Shown here: positions 45,346 through 55,457 of the stretch, piece by piece | How the letters are laid out: every line of letters starts with the position of its first letter | Numbering within the stretch: position 1 is the stretch's first letter | Origin: Candidatus Eiseniibacteriota bacterium | GTDB lineage: Bacteria; Eisenbacteria; RBG-16-71-46; CAVPCR01 | NCBI GenBank assembly: GCA_963702435.1 | Contig: CAVPCR010000001.1 | Span: 1,056,001 to 1,120,000 of the forward strand | Reading direction: 5' to 3' | Length of the DNA: 64,000 bases | Notes under the pieces: generated by a model | Database searches by the model: none | What the model saw: only the letters and a program-made list of their open reading frames with translations | What the model was told of the DNA's origin: nothing | Translations under genes and position numbers: made by a program

Positions 45346-46761
45346 TCAGCGCAAGACCACGAGCTTCTGCGTGGCGCGGCCGGCATTCCCGCTGAGGTGC
45401 AGGAAGTAGACTCCGGCCGCGAGCAGCCCGCTTGCAGGGTCTCGCGTCTCCCACGCCTGGCGGTGAATCCCCGCCGCGACGCGGCCATCGACGAGCGTGG
45501 CCACATGCCGCCCGCTCACGGTGAAGACCTCGAGCCGGAAGGAAGAGGATCCGGCGACCTGGAAGGTGATCTCGACCGGAGCACCCTGGCGGACCGGATT
45601 CGGGGTGAGAGCCAGGCGCGGTGCGGCCGCGGGCGGCGCGACGGCCTCCTCGCCCATGCCGGCCGTGGCGCAGCCGGCGGCGTTGGCATCGCCGGCATTG
45701 AGCGAGACCATGAAGATGGTGAGGTCGGCTATGTTGACCATCCCGTTTCCGTCGAAGTCCGCGCACAGGTCGCCGGTCATCAAGGCAGTCTGCACGTACT
45801 GCATGTCGTGCGCATTCACAGCGCCATCGGCTTCCATGCCGTCCCAGTCCGTGCTCACGAAGCGGGTGAAGGTCCGAATCAGGACGTCCCCGGCGTACAC
45901 CTGCACCGCGCACTGGTCGCATCCGCCGGCGCGCGGCCTGAGGGTCACGCTGCCCGCGGCGTTGGTCGTGCCACGGAGCCCCGCATCCCCCGAGTCGAGG
46001 CACACCTCACAGCCGGTGAAAACGATCTCTACGGGCATCGCGGCCAGGGGCAAGCCCGACTCGTCGCAGACGGTTACGGTGAGGTGGTCGACGTTCGACT
46101 GATTGCCCGGCGTGACGAAGGCATTCGTCCGCCCATCCCAGGGTGCGACCGTGCAATGCGCCGGATGGGGGAGGCCCGGGCTGGATGGCAGGAGCTCGAC
46201 GTTGTCGACACCGGCCTCGTCCCTGCACATGGAGTTGCACTCCATCGAGATCCGGAGCTCGGTGACGTTGGCGAGAACCTCCTCGAAGCTGGCTGTTCCC
46301 ACGTACCGCTCCCACGCGTCTGCCGTGAAGGGAACGTAGCGTGGCTGCCACACGCCGAGCGGTCCGACCGGTTGCGCGCGCTCGTAGTAGATCGTCGTGT
46401 CCCCGCCGATCACGGCAAAGAGCATGGGGACGGTCGGCCGATTCGGTCCCGGATTGCAGTTGTAGAGGTACTCGTCCCACTGGATCCCGGTGTAGCAGCT
46501 CAGGTTGCCGGTGAACTCCGGCGGCGCGACGGCATAGAGCCCGCCGCCGCCGGGCATGGTGTCCTCGCACTTCATGAACCCCCCCGGATTGCCTCCAGAC
46601 CCAGGGTTCAAGAGGTTGCCGTTGAACGGCTCGAGCCTGGTCCAGCCCTGCAGCGTGCCGTCGTCGAAGTCCGATCGTGGCGCGGCCCCCGCGGGGCTGG
46701 GCATGAGCAGAGTCAGGCTGACAACGACGAAGATCGATGTTGAGAAAAGGATCCGGTCCAT
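45346..46761 (-). CDS. Secreted protein: laminin-IV-like beta-sandwich, Ig-like domain, dockerin/EF-like repeats and C-terminal FlgD/T9SS-like domain
   Basis: Signal peptide; FDDGTLQGW..GGNPGG; DFDGNGMVNIADL; PNP..GRHVATLVDG..GVYFL..QKLVVLR. Confidence 0.7.
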   Translation of the reverse strand: MDRILFSTSIFVVVSLTLLMPSPAGAAPRSDFDDGTLQGWTRLEPFNGNLLNPGSGGNPGGFMKCEDTMPGGGGLYAVAPPEFTGNLSCYTGIQWDEYLYNCNPGPNRPTVPMLFAVIGGDTTIYYERAQPVGPLGVWQPRYVPFTADAWERYVGTASFEEVLANVTELRISMECNSMCRDEAGVDNVELLPSSPGLPHPAHCTVAPWDGRTNAFVTPGNQSNVDHLTVTVCDESGLPLAAMPVEIVFTGCEVCLDSGDAGLRGTTNAAGSVTLRPRAGGCDQCAVQVYAGDVLIRTFTRFVSTDWDGMEADGAVNAHDMQYVQTALMTGDLCADFDGNGMVNIADLTIFMVSLNAGDANAAGCATAGMGEEAVAPPAAAPRLALTPNPVRQGAPVEITFQVAGSSSFRLEVFTVSGRHVATLVDGRVAAGIHRQAWETRDPASGLLAAGVYFLHLSGNAGRATQKLVVLR

Positions 46762-46921
46762 CGTGACCTCCTCGCCTGCGGGCCGCCTCCGGCGGCATCG
46801 GGAGGGACTCTCGCTCCCGCCTCGGGGCGCCTGTGCCTCCGCCCATGAAGACGACGCAGGCGGGCAGACGGCGGAAGGAAAAGACGCGGGGTGCCGGCTG
46901 GCTGAGCGGGAGCCAGCCGGA

Positions 46922-47491
46922 TCAGGCGGGGTCGATCAGGGAGGTGTGCTGGCGGAGGCGCTCGATCCCTTCGAAGAGGCGCGACTTGACGACCGACTCG
47001 GGGATCTCGAGGACCTCGGCGATCTCCTGCCGCGAGAGACCCTCGACGTAGCGAAGGCGGAGGATCTCGCGCTGGCTGGCCGGGAGCCCGGCCACGAGCT
47101 GCCGCAGCCGGGAGCGGAGCTCCTTGCGCACGAGCCGGGTCAGATGCCCGGTCAGCTCGGCGGCCGCCACGCTCTCGCTCGGCAGCGGCTGGTCGTCCCG
47201 CCGGCGGGCGCGGCCGCGGAGGAGATCGAGACAGCGATTGCGGGCGATCCGGTAGATCCAGGAGCGGAAGCTCTCGGGGACGGTCTCCGCGGCGAGCACC
47301 TTGCAGAAGACGTCCTGTACCGCGTCCTCCGCCTGCTCGACTTGACCGAGATACCCGGCGCAGAAGCGCAGGAGGTCGCGCCGGTAGAGCTGCTCGAGGA
47401 GCTCGCCGGCGGCGCAGTCGCCGGCCCGGAGCCGCCCGATGAGGCTCGGCGTGAGGTCGTTAGCCGGCGCGGGTTGCTCTTGCTCGCCCAT
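46922..47491 (-). CDS. ECF-family RNA polymerase sigma factor
   Basis: AEDAVQDVF, FRSWIYRIARNRCLD, LRYVEGLSRQEIA..VKSRL. Confidence 0.92.
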   Translation of the reverse strand: MGEQEQPAPANDLTPSLIGRLRAGDCAAGELLEQLYRRDLLRFCAGYLGQVEQAEDAVQDVFCKVLAAETVPESFRSWIYRIARNRCLDLLRGRARRRDDQPLPSESVAAAELTGHLTRLVRKELRSRLRQLVAGLPASQREILRLRYVEGLSRQEIAEVLEIPESVVKSRLFEGIERLRQHTSLIDPA

Positions 47492-47608
47492 GGTCCCGTC
47501 CCCTCCACGAGTATGACGCCGCAGGGGCCGGTTCGGCGGCAAGTTTCCGCACATGCGATAGAATGGATACAGGTGTCGTCCCGGCATTGCCTTGCCTGGG
47601 GGAGTCGG

Positions 47609-49975
47609 ATGGGCTGCGAGGTATCGCGAGAGCAGCTCTGGAGCTGGGTGGACCGCGACGCGCCGGAACTGGCCGGGCATCTCGCCGTGTGCGCCGGCTG
47701 CCGGGCTCGTGCGGCGGAGATCCGATCGCAAATCGGGCTCATCGCCGCCGACACCCAGGCCCTCACCATCCCGCTGCCGGAACGGATCGGCAACTACACG
47801 ATCAAGCGCCTGATCGGCGAGGGCGGTCAGGCGCTGGTCTACGAGGCCGAGCAGGCCTCCCCGCGGCGCGCCGTCGCCGTCAAGGTGCTGAAGGGCGGCC
47901 GGTTCATCGGCGCCCGCGAGCTCCGCCGGTTCCAGCGGGAGATCCAGGCTCTCGCGGCGCTCCATCATCCCGGGATCGCCACCATCCATGAGGCCGGCCA
48001 GGCGCCCGAGGGACAGCACTACCTGGCCATGGAGCTGGTCCAGGGGACCTGGCTCCACGTCTACCTGCGCGAGCAGTCGCCACCGCGGCGCGCACGCCTC
48101 GAACTCTTCCGGAAGATCTGCGATGCCGTCCAGTACGCCCACCGCCATGGCGTCGTCCATCTCGATCTCAAACCCACGAACATACTGATCGACGAGGATG
48201 GCCAGCCCAAGGTGCTCGACTTCGGTCTGGCGCGGATCAGGCACGGCGAGCCGGATCGCACCCTGACCGAGACCAACGTCGTCGCGGGCACGCCGCGCTA
48301 CATGAGCCCGGAGCAGATCTGCGGGCAGCGAGACGAGGTGGACGGCCGCGCGGATGTGTACGCGCTGGGCGCGATCCTGTACGAGATGCTGACCGGACGG
48401 CCCCCCCACGACGTGAGCGCGCTGACTCCGGAAGCGATCCGGACGGTCTGCGAGGAGGCGCCGGCGCGGCCGAGCACCCTCGATCGTTCCCTCAGCGGCG
48501 ATCTCGAGTCGATCCTGCTCCGCGCTCTGGCCAAGTCGCCGGCCGATCGCTATGCGTCGGTCGCCGACCTGGCGGCCGATGTGGAATGCCATCTGCGCGG
48601 CGAGGTGATCGCCGACGCGAAGGCCGCGGGTAGACCGGTGCGGTGGGCCGCCACCTTGCGGAAGATCAGGACGGAACGCCGTTGGCGCTGGCGGCTGGGA
48701 GCAGCGGCGGCATTCGCCCTCGCCGCCGCCCTGAGCCTCGCGTACGGGTTTCGCGCGCCGTACGATCGCATGGCGGCACGCATGGAGATTGCCGAGCTCA
48801 ACAGCTGGCTCTTCCATGAGGAGCCGGATCCCCTCAGAGTGGCGGCGGCCATCGCCGCGCTGAAGCGCTTTCCAGAGCTCAGGGATGCGGTTCTCCTCGC
48901 CGCCCATGGCAACGTGATCGACGGTGAGTATCGCTTCGCGATCGAGCTCCTGCGCGAGGGCCTGGCGCGCGACCCGTCGGCCTGGCCCTACCGAGCACTG
49001 CTGAGCGAGATCAACACCCGGCTCGCGCGACCGGAGGCCGCCGGGCTGTGGAACGAGGAGACCGAGGCCGGACAGCTCGCCACCGCCGAGGACTGGTACC
49101 TGCGCTCGCTCGCCACCCTCGATCGCCGGGTCGCGCTGCGCTCGGCGCGGGAGGCGGTGCGCCGAGATCCAGAGCATCCGTGCGCCATGCTGGCGCTGAC
49201 GCGGCTGGCCGTGCTCGATGGAGACTACGCCGCGGCGGCCGATGGGGCGGCGGCGCTCGAGCACCTGGGAGAGGATGTCAGCTACTGGAAGGGGGAGCGC
49301 AGCGACTTCCTGGGGCGCCTCGATCGCTATGCCGAAGCCCTGGGGGCCGCGGACTCCGCCCTGGCCATGTCTCCGGGCAACTTCCACTCGTTCTACCGGC
49401 GCGCGGTCTTGCACCGGCGTCTCAAGCACCACCGGCCGGCCATCGAGGATTTCACGCGCGCCATCCAGCTCGCCGGCGAAGGCAACTCCGCGTGGATCGT
49501 CTACCACCGCGGCACGATGCACTGGCTCGCCGGGCAACCCGAGGAGGCGGTGGCGGACTATCGCCGTGCGTCGGACATCCTCGGCTTCGCCACTTATGGC
49601 AGCGCGCGCATGGTGCTCATCCTGCGCGAGCTGGGGCGAGGCGCCGACGCGGATAGCGCCCTCGCCGAAGCCCGGCGGGGGGTCCTGCAAGACGGCCAGC
49701 TCGCGGAGATCCTCTCCTGCCTGGCGGGCGAGATCACACCCGCTGCCCTCGTCGCCGCCGCCGATCCCGCCGACCCGCGGCAGCAATGCGAGGTCTGCTA
49801 CTATGCAGCCGAGTTGAACCTGGCTGCCGGGAGGATCGAGGCGGCGCGGGATCTCTTCCAGCGCTGCATCGAAACAGGTGTGAGGTCGGATCCCGACAAC
49901 ACGATAGAGCCGATGAGCGAGTATGAGCTCGCCGAGTGGCGGCTGACGCAGCTGTCGACACCGGACCCGAGCTGA
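47609..49975 (+). CDS. Hanks-type Ser/Thr kinase with N-terminal ZAS anti-sigma motif, TM helix and C-terminal TPRs
   Basis: HLAVCAGC; IGEGGQALVY, VAVK, HLDLKPTN, DFG, GTPRYMSPEQ, DVYALG; TPR-like C-terminal half. Confidence 0.9.
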   Translation: MGCEVSREQLWSWVDRDAPELAGHLAVCAGCRARAAEIRSQIGLIAADTQALTIPLPERIGNYTIKRLIGEGGQALVYEAEQASPRRAVAVKVLKGGRFIGARELRRFQREIQALAALHHPGIATIHEAGQAPEGQHYLAMELVQGTWLHVYLREQSPPRRARLELFRKICDAVQYAHRHGVVHLDLKPTNILIDEDGQPKVLDFGLARIRHGEPDRTLTETNVVAGTPRYMSPEQICGQRDEVDGRADVYALGAILYEMLTGRPPHDVSALTPEAIRTVCEEAPARPSTLDRSLSGDLESILLRALAKSPADRYASVADLAADVECHLRGEVIADAKAAGRPVRWAATLRKIRTERRWRWRLGAAAAFALAAALSLAYGFRAPYDRMAARMEIAELNSWLFHEEPDPLRVAAAIAALKRFPELRDAVLLAAHGNVIDGEYRFAIELLREGLARDPSAWPYRALLSEINTRLARPEAAGLWNEETEAGQLATAEDWYLRSLATLDRRVALRSAREAVRRDPEHPCAMLALTRLAVLDGDYAAAADGAAALEHLGEDVSYWKGERSDFLGRLDRYAEALGAADSALAMSPGNFHSFYRRAVLHRRLKHHRPAIEDFTRAIQLAGEGNSAWIVYHRGTMHWLAGQPEEAVADYRRASDILGFATYGSARMVLILRELGRGADADSALAEARRGVLQDGQLAEILSCLAGEITPAALVAAADPADPRQQCEVCYYAAELNLAAGRIEAARDLFQRCIETGVRSDPDNTIEPMSEYELAEWRLTQLSTPDPS

Positions 49976-49988
49976 ACGAGGGATTGCG

Positions 49989-50234
49989 ATGCCGTTCCTG
50001 ATCCGCATCCTGGACGGGCTCATCGAGGTGCTCGTCGTTCTCATCGTGATCGATGTCGTCGCGTCGTGGATCCCGCCGCTCGACCGGCACCCCTTGCTCC
50101 GCGAGCTCCGGCGGATCACCGGCCCCGTGCTGGCCCCTTTCCGCGCCATCGTCCCGCCGGGGCGGCTGGGGATCGACGTATCGCCGATCCTCGCCATCCT
50201 CGCTCTCCAGCTCCTCAGCCGGCTGCTTGGCTAG
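49989..50234 (+). CDS. yggT: YggT-family membrane protein
   Basis: SWIP..ITGPVLAPFRAIVPP..GIDVSPILA. Confidence 0.85.
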   Translation: MPFLIRILDGLIEVLVVLIVIDVVASWIPPLDRHPLLRELRRITGPVLAPFRAIVPPGRLGIDVSPILAILALQLLSRLLG

Positions 50235-50363
50235 AAGCAGGGGTTGCCCTGCTCTGATCGCCTCGTTCCCGCCCCGCCTTTTTGCACTGCTTTAATGCCC
50301 GCCGTCGCTACCGTGACGATCATAGAGGTGGATCGGGAAGGCGATCCCTGGAGGGCTGTTCAC

Positions 50364-50771
50364 ATGCATGCCATGCGTTCACTCGAGTCACGGGCCCACG
50401 CGCCGGGCGGCCTCGTCGCTTCTCGCGTTTCCCAGACCCGTCGCGGAGCGGCCCAGCTCCGGCTCCATGCGCTCCTCGACGCCTGCCTCGCCTACGAGCG
50501 CTGCCGCTTCATCCGCGGCGAGCTCGTCACGCTCCTCGCCGCCTCGAGCATCGGGGTCTGGATCACCGCAGTCCGCCCCGGGCTGTTGCCGTCATCATGG
50601 CGGTTCGGCTTCGAAGGCTTCTGGGCCATGTGCTTCCTGTGCGTGGTGGGGGCCGCGCTCGCGGAGTGGCGACGCCGCCGCGCCTGGCAGTCCATCACGA
50701 CGCGGGCGGATGCCGCTTCGATCCAGTGGCCGGGCGGCCCTGCGGACGCCGGCGGAGGTGCCCATGTCTGA
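50364..50771 (+). CDS. Hypothetical two-TM protein upstream of kdp
   Basis: Two hydrophobic segments; stop overlaps the next small ORF; start uncertain. Confidence 0.5.
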   Translation: MHAMRSLESRAHAPGGLVASRVSQTRRGAAQLRLHALLDACLAYERCRFIRGELVTLLAASSIGVWITAVRPGLLPSSWRFGFEGFWAMCFLCVVGAALAEWRRRRAWQSITTRADAASIQWPGGPADAGGGAHV

Positions 50772-50847
50772 CCTTCTCTTCCTCGGGTTGATCCTCGGAT
50801 TCTTCGCCCTCTCGTGGGGCTTCGCTGAACTCTGCGATCGCCTGTAA
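50764..50847 (+). CDS. 27-aa hydrophobic kdp-associated peptide
   Basis: MSDLLFLGLILGFFALSWGFAELCDRL, preceded by a GGAGGT ribosome-binding site. Confidence 0.65.
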   Translation: MSDLLFLGLILGFFALSWGFAELCDRL

Positions 50848-50872
50848 TCGCCTGCAGTCGAGGGACCATCCG

Positions 50873-50962
50873 ATGACTCTCTACGCGATCGGCGCCGTCG
50901 TCGCCTGCGCGCTCCTCATCTACCTCGTGCTCGCCCTGTTGAAGCCGGAGCTGTTCTCGTGA
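50873..50962 (+). CDS. kdpF: K+-transporting ATPase subunit F
   Basis: [29 protein letters not shown] (YL..ALL.PE.F motif); GTGA overlap with kdpA. Confidence 0.9.
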   Translation: MTLYAIGAVVACALLIYLVLALLKPELFS

Positions 50963-52719
50963 CCGCGAACGGGATCCTGCAGCTCGCGCTGTACCTGATC
51001 GTGCTCCTGGCTCTCGCCGGGCCGCTCGGCCGATACATGGCGCACATCTATCAAGGACAGACCGGGAAGGGACCGATCCTCGGCGGGATCGAACGTCTCA
51101 TCTACCGGCTGGCCGGCGTGCGTCCCGAGGTGGAGATGGGCTGGAAGACGTACGCGCTGGCCATGCTCGTCTTCAACTGCGCCGGCATCCTCGTGATCTA
51201 CGCGCTCCAGCGCCTGCAAGCCGTCCTGCCCTTGAACCCGCAGGGGCTTCCCGCCGTGTCGCCGGACTCCTCGTTCAACACGGCGGTCAGCTTTGGCACC
51301 AACACCAACTGGCAGGGCTACGGCGGCGAGACGACCATGAGCTACCTGACGCAGATGCTCGGGCTCACGGTGCAGAACTTCGTCTCCGCCGCGGCGGGCA
51401 TGGCGACCCTCGCCGCCTTCGTCCGCGGCCTCGCCCGGCGCTCGGCGACCACGATCGGAAACTTCTGGGTGGATCTCACTCGGAGCACGCTCTACGTGCT
51501 GCTGCCGCTCGCAATCGTGCTCGCCCTCGCCCTGATCTCCCAGGGGGTGGTCCAGACCCTGCGTCCCTATGCCGATGTCCCCTTCCTCGACGCGACGGGT
51601 CCGGGAGGCCCGGGGACTGCGGAGGAAGCCGCGCCCGGGCCGCAGACATTGGCGGTGGGGCCCGCCGCATCGCAGATCGCCATCAAGCAGCTCGGCACGA
51701 ACGGGGGCGGTTTCTTCAATGTCAACTCGGCTCACCCGTTCGAGAACCCGACGCCGCTCTCCAACTTCCTCGAGCTCGTCGCCATCCTCGTCATCTCGGC
51801 GGCCCTCTGCTACACGTTCGGGGCCATGGTCGGCGACACGCGGCAGGGCTGGGCGATCCTCACCGCGATGACGATCCTCTTCGTCGGCCTGCTCGGCGTC
51901 TGTGTCGTCGCGGAGCAGCGTGGCGCGCTCCTCGCCGGGCTGGGAGTCGATCACGAGGCGAGCGCCCTCCAGGCCGGCGGCAACATGGAGGGCAAGGAGG
52001 TCCGTTTCGGCATCGTCAACTCGGCCCTGTGGGCCACCGCCACCACCGCCGCCTCCAACGGCTCGGTGAACGCGATGCACGACTCGTTCACACCCCTCGG
52101 CGGGCTCGTGCCCTTGTGGTTGATGCAGCTCGGCGAGGTCATCTACGGCGGGGTGGGCTCAGGGCTCTACGGCATGCTCGTGTTCGCGCTGATCGCGGTC
52201 TTCGTCGCCGGACTCATGGTGGGGCGGACGCCGGAGTACCTCGGGAAGAAGATCGAGGCCTTCGAGATCAAGATGGCCGCCCTCGTCATCCTGATTCCCC
52301 CGGCCGTCGTGCTCATCGGGACCGCGATCGCGGTCAACGCCCCGGCCGGGCGGGCGACCATCTTCAATCCGGGCGCCCACGGTTTCAGCGAGGTGCTCTA
52401 CGCATTCTCGTCGGCCGGCAACAATAACGGGAGCGCCTTCGCCGGACTCGGCGCCAACACCCCCTTCTACAACACTCTGCTCGGCATCGCGATGCTCTTC
52501 GCCCGCTACTGGCTCGCGATCCCCACGCTCGCCATCGCCGGCTCGCTTGCGCGCAAGAAGGCGGTGCCGGAAGGACCGGGCACCCTGCCGACGCACACCC
52601 TGCTCTTCGTTGGCCTCCTCATCGGGGTCGTGGTCCTCGTCGGCGCGCTGACCTTTTTCCCGGCGCTCGCGCTCGGGCCCATCGTCGAGCATTTCGCGCT
52701 CATGGCATCAGGATCGTAG
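50959..52719 (+). CDS. kdpA: K+-transporting ATPase subunit A
   Basis: [37 protein letters not shown] selectivity-filter motifs. Confidence 0.97.
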   Translation: MTANGILQLALYLIVLLALAGPLGRYMAHIYQGQTGKGPILGGIERLIYRLAGVRPEVEMGWKTYALAMLVFNCAGILVIYALQRLQAVLPLNPQGLPAVSPDSSFNTAVSFGTNTNWQGYGGETTMSYLTQMLGLTVQNFVSAAAGMATLAAFVRGLARRSATTIGNFWVDLTRSTLYVLLPLAIVLALALISQGVVQTLRPYADVPFLDATGPGGPGTAEEAAPGPQTLAVGPAASQIAIKQLGTNGGGFFNVNSAHPFENPTPLSNFLELVAILVISAALCYTFGAMVGDTRQGWAILTAMTILFVGLLGVCVVAEQRGALLAGLGVDHEASALQAGGNMEGKEVRFGIVNSALWATATTAASNGSVNAMHDSFTPLGGLVPLWLMQLGEVIYGGVGSGLYGMLVFALIAVFVAGLMVGRTPEYLGKKIEAFEIKMAALVILIPPAVVLIGTAIAVNAPAGRATIFNPGAHGFSEVLYAFSSAGNNNGSAFAGLGANTPFYNTLLGIAMLFARYWLAIPTLAIAGSLARKKAVPEGPGTLPTHTLLFVGLLIGVVVLVGALTFFPALALGPIVEHFALMASGS

Positions 52720-52726
52720 GAGAAGC

Positions 52727-54796
52727 ATGTCCACGCCAGCCGGAACGAAGCTCTTGAGCGGCCCCATGGTCCAGCGGGCCCTGACGGACGCTCTCCGCAA
52801 ACTGCATCCGGCCGTCCAGGTCAAGAACCCGGTCATGTTCGTCGTCTACATCGGGAGCCTCCTGACCTCGGGCCTCTGGGTGCAGGCGCTACTCGGCCAG
52901 AGCGAGGAGCGACCCGGGTTCATCTTCTGGATCGCGGTCTGGCTCTGGCTCACCGTGCTCTTCGCCAGCTTCGCGGAGGCGATCGCCGAGGGTCGCGGCA
53001 AGGCCCAGGCCGAGGCGCTCCGCCGCACGCGCCGCGACATCCAGGCCAGGCGCCTATCCGAACCGGCGCGCACGGCCCGGGTCGAGTCCGTTTCGGCGAG
53101 CGCTCTCCGGAAGGGCGATCACGTGCTCGTCGAAGCCGGCGCGGTGATCCCCGGCGATGGAGAGGTGGTCCTCGGCGTTGCCTCCGTCGACGAGAGCGCG
53201 ATCACGGGCGAGAGCGCGCCGGTGATCCGCGAGAGCGGCGGCGACCGGAGCGCGGTCACCGGGGGAACGCGCGTCCTCTCCGACTGGCTCGTCATCCGCA
53301 TCGGCGCCAATCCGGGCGAGTCCTTCCTCGACCGCATGATTGCCATGGTCGAGGGCGCTAAGCGCCAGAAGACCCCGAACGAGATCGCGCTCAACATCCT
53401 ACTCGCGGGTTTCACCATCATCTTCCTGCTCGCTACGGCGACGCTGCTTCCGTTCTCGGTCTACAGCGTGGACGCTGCCGGCCAGGGCGCACCGGTGACC
53501 GTGACCGTGCTCGTGGCTCTCCTCGTCTGCCTCATCCCGACGACGATCGGTGGCCTCCTCTCCGCGATCGGCATCGCCGGCATGGACCGCATGCATCGCG
53601 CCAATGTCATCGCCATGTCGGGCCGCGCCGTCGAAGCTGCCGGCGACGTCGATGTTCTCCTCCTCGACAAGACCGGCACGATCACTCTCGGCAACCGCCA
53701 GGCCACGGCGTTCCTGCCGGCACCCGGCATCACCGAGCGCGATCTGGCGGACGCGGCCCAGCTCGCATCGCTGGCCGACGAGACTCCGGAGGGACGGAGC
53801 ATCGTCGTCCTCGCCAAGGAGAAGTACGGGATCCGGGAGCGCGATCTGCAATCGCTCGGCGCGACGTTCGTCCCGTTCACCGCGCAGACGCGGATGAGCG
53901 GCGTCGATCTGAGCGGGCGCCGCATCGTGAAGGGCGCCGCCGATGCGATCGCGGCGCATGTGAAGCAGCAGAACGGGGATCTGCCGGCGGCGGTCCGCGC
54001 CACCGTCGACGAGGTGGCCAAGCAGGGCGCGACTCCGCTCGTGGTGGCCGACGGCGCCCGGGTGCTCGGCGTGATCCAGCTCAAGGACGTCGTGAAGGGG
54101 GGCATCCGCGAGCGGTTCGGCGAGCTCCGGCGCATGGGCATCAAGACCATCATGATCACCGGCGACAACCCGCTCACCTCGGCGGCGATCGCCGCCGAGG
54201 CGGGGGTCGACGACTACCTGGCGGAGGCCACCCCGGAGACCAAGCTCCAGCTGATCCGCGACCTCCAGGCCGGCGGCCGGCTGGTGGCCATGACCGGGGA
54301 CGGCACCAACGACGCGCCGGCGCTCGCCCAGGCCGACGTCGCGGTCGCCATGAACACCGGGACGCAGGCGGCGAAGGAAGCCGGAAACATGGTCGACCTC
54401 GATTCGAATCCGACCAAGCTGATCGAGGTCGTCGAGACCGGCAAGCAGATGCTGATGACGCGCGGCGCGCTCACCACTTTTTCGCTCGCCAACGACCTGG
54501 CGAAGTACTTCGCCATCATCCCGGCGGCCTTCGCCACCACCTATCCGGTGCTCGGCGCGCTCAACATCATGCGGCTCACCACTCCGGAAAGCGCCATCCT
54601 CTCCGCCGTGATCTTCAACGCGCTCATCATCGTCGCGCTCGTCCCGCTGGCGCTCAGCGGCGTCCGCTACCGGCCGATCGGCGCGGCGCGCGTCCTCCGT
54701 CGGTTCCTCTTGCTCTACGGGGCCGGCGGTATCGCCGCACCCTTCATCGGGATCAAGGCGATCGACCTCATCCTCGCGTCCCTCGGCCTGGCGTGA
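52727..54796 (+). CDS. kdpB: K+-transporting P-type ATPase subunit B
   Basis: [30 protein letters not shown]. Confidence 0.97.
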   Translation: MSTPAGTKLLSGPMVQRALTDALRKLHPAVQVKNPVMFVVYIGSLLTSGLWVQALLGQSEERPGFIFWIAVWLWLTVLFASFAEAIAEGRGKAQAEALRRTRRDIQARRLSEPARTARVESVSASALRKGDHVLVEAGAVIPGDGEVVLGVASVDESAITGESAPVIRESGGDRSAVTGGTRVLSDWLVIRIGANPGESFLDRMIAMVEGAKRQKTPNEIALNILLAGFTIIFLLATATLLPFSVYSVDAAGQGAPVTVTVLVALLVCLIPTTIGGLLSAIGIAGMDRMHRANVIAMSGRAVEAAGDVDVLLLDKTGTITLGNRQATAFLPAPGITERDLADAAQLASLADETPEGRSIVVLAKEKYGIRERDLQSLGATFVPFTAQTRMSGVDLSGRRIVKGAADAIAAHVKQQNGDLPAAVRATVDEVAKQGATPLVVADGARVLGVIQLKDVVKGGIRERFGELRRMGIKTIMITGDNPLTSAAIAAEAGVDDYLAEATPETKLQLIRDLQAGGRLVAMTGDGTNDAPALAQADVAVAMNTGTQAAKEAGNMVDLDSNPTKLIEVVETGKQMLMTRGALTTFSLANDLAKYFAIIPAAFATTYPVLGALNIMRLTTPESAILSAVIFNALIIVALVPLALSGVRYRPIGAARVLRRFLLLYGAGGIAAPFIGIKAIDLILASLGLA

Positions 54797-54819
54797 CCGG
54801 CGAGGCGAAGGAGTCCGCC

Positions 54820-55401
54820 ATGATGAACCACTTGCGACCCGCCGCCATGACGCTGCTCATCTTCACGGTGATCACGGGGGCACTCTACCCCCTGCTAATG
54901 ACGGGCTTCGCGCAAGTCCTGTTTCCGGTGCAGGCGAACGGCAGCCTGATCGAGCGAGACGGGAAGGTCGTGGGCTCGCGCCTGATCGGCCAGGCGTTCG
55001 CGGATCCGCGGTACTTCTGGAGCCGCCTCTCGGCCACCGCCCCGCACGCCTACAACGCCGGGGCCTCGAGCGGATCCAACCTGGGGCCGCGGAACCCGGT
55101 CGCGCGCGCGGCGGCGGCGGCGCGCATCCTGGCGCTCAGAACGGCCGATCCCGGGAACATGAGCCCGGTCCCGGTCGATCTCGTCACCGCCTCGGCGAGT
55201 GGGCTCGATCCCCAGGTGAGCCCCGCGGCGGCCCTCTACCAGGTGCCGCGCGTGGCGCGCGCGCGGGGAATGGACGAGGCCGCGGTGCGCCGCCTCGTCG
55301 AGCAGCACGTCGAGGGCCGTCAGCTCGGCGTACTGGGGGAACCGCGGGTCAACGTGCTCCAGCTGAACCTGGATCTGAACGCGATGGCACCGGCGAGATG
55401 A
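54820..55401 (+). CDS. kdpC: K+-transporting ATPase subunit C
   Basis: [39 protein letters not shown]. Confidence 0.95.
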   Translation: MMNHLRPAAMTLLIFTVITGALYPLLMTGFAQVLFPVQANGSLIERDGKVVGSRLIGQAFADPRYFWSRLSATAPHAYNAGASSGSNLGPRNPVARAAAAARILALRTADPGNMSPVPVDLVTASASGLDPQVSPAAALYQVPRVARARGMDEAAVRRLVEQHVEGRQLGVLGEPRVNVLQLNLDLNAMAPAR

Positions 55402-55457
55402 GCGTCTTCTCCTGGTGTCTTGCCGGAGCCAGCCCGCAACGGCGATAATGGCGGCCC

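Noticed and set aside
47510..47536. ECF autoregulatory promoter GAAC...CGTC on the minus strand
   Set aside because: The spacer is only ~12 bp, shorter than the usual 16-17 bp.
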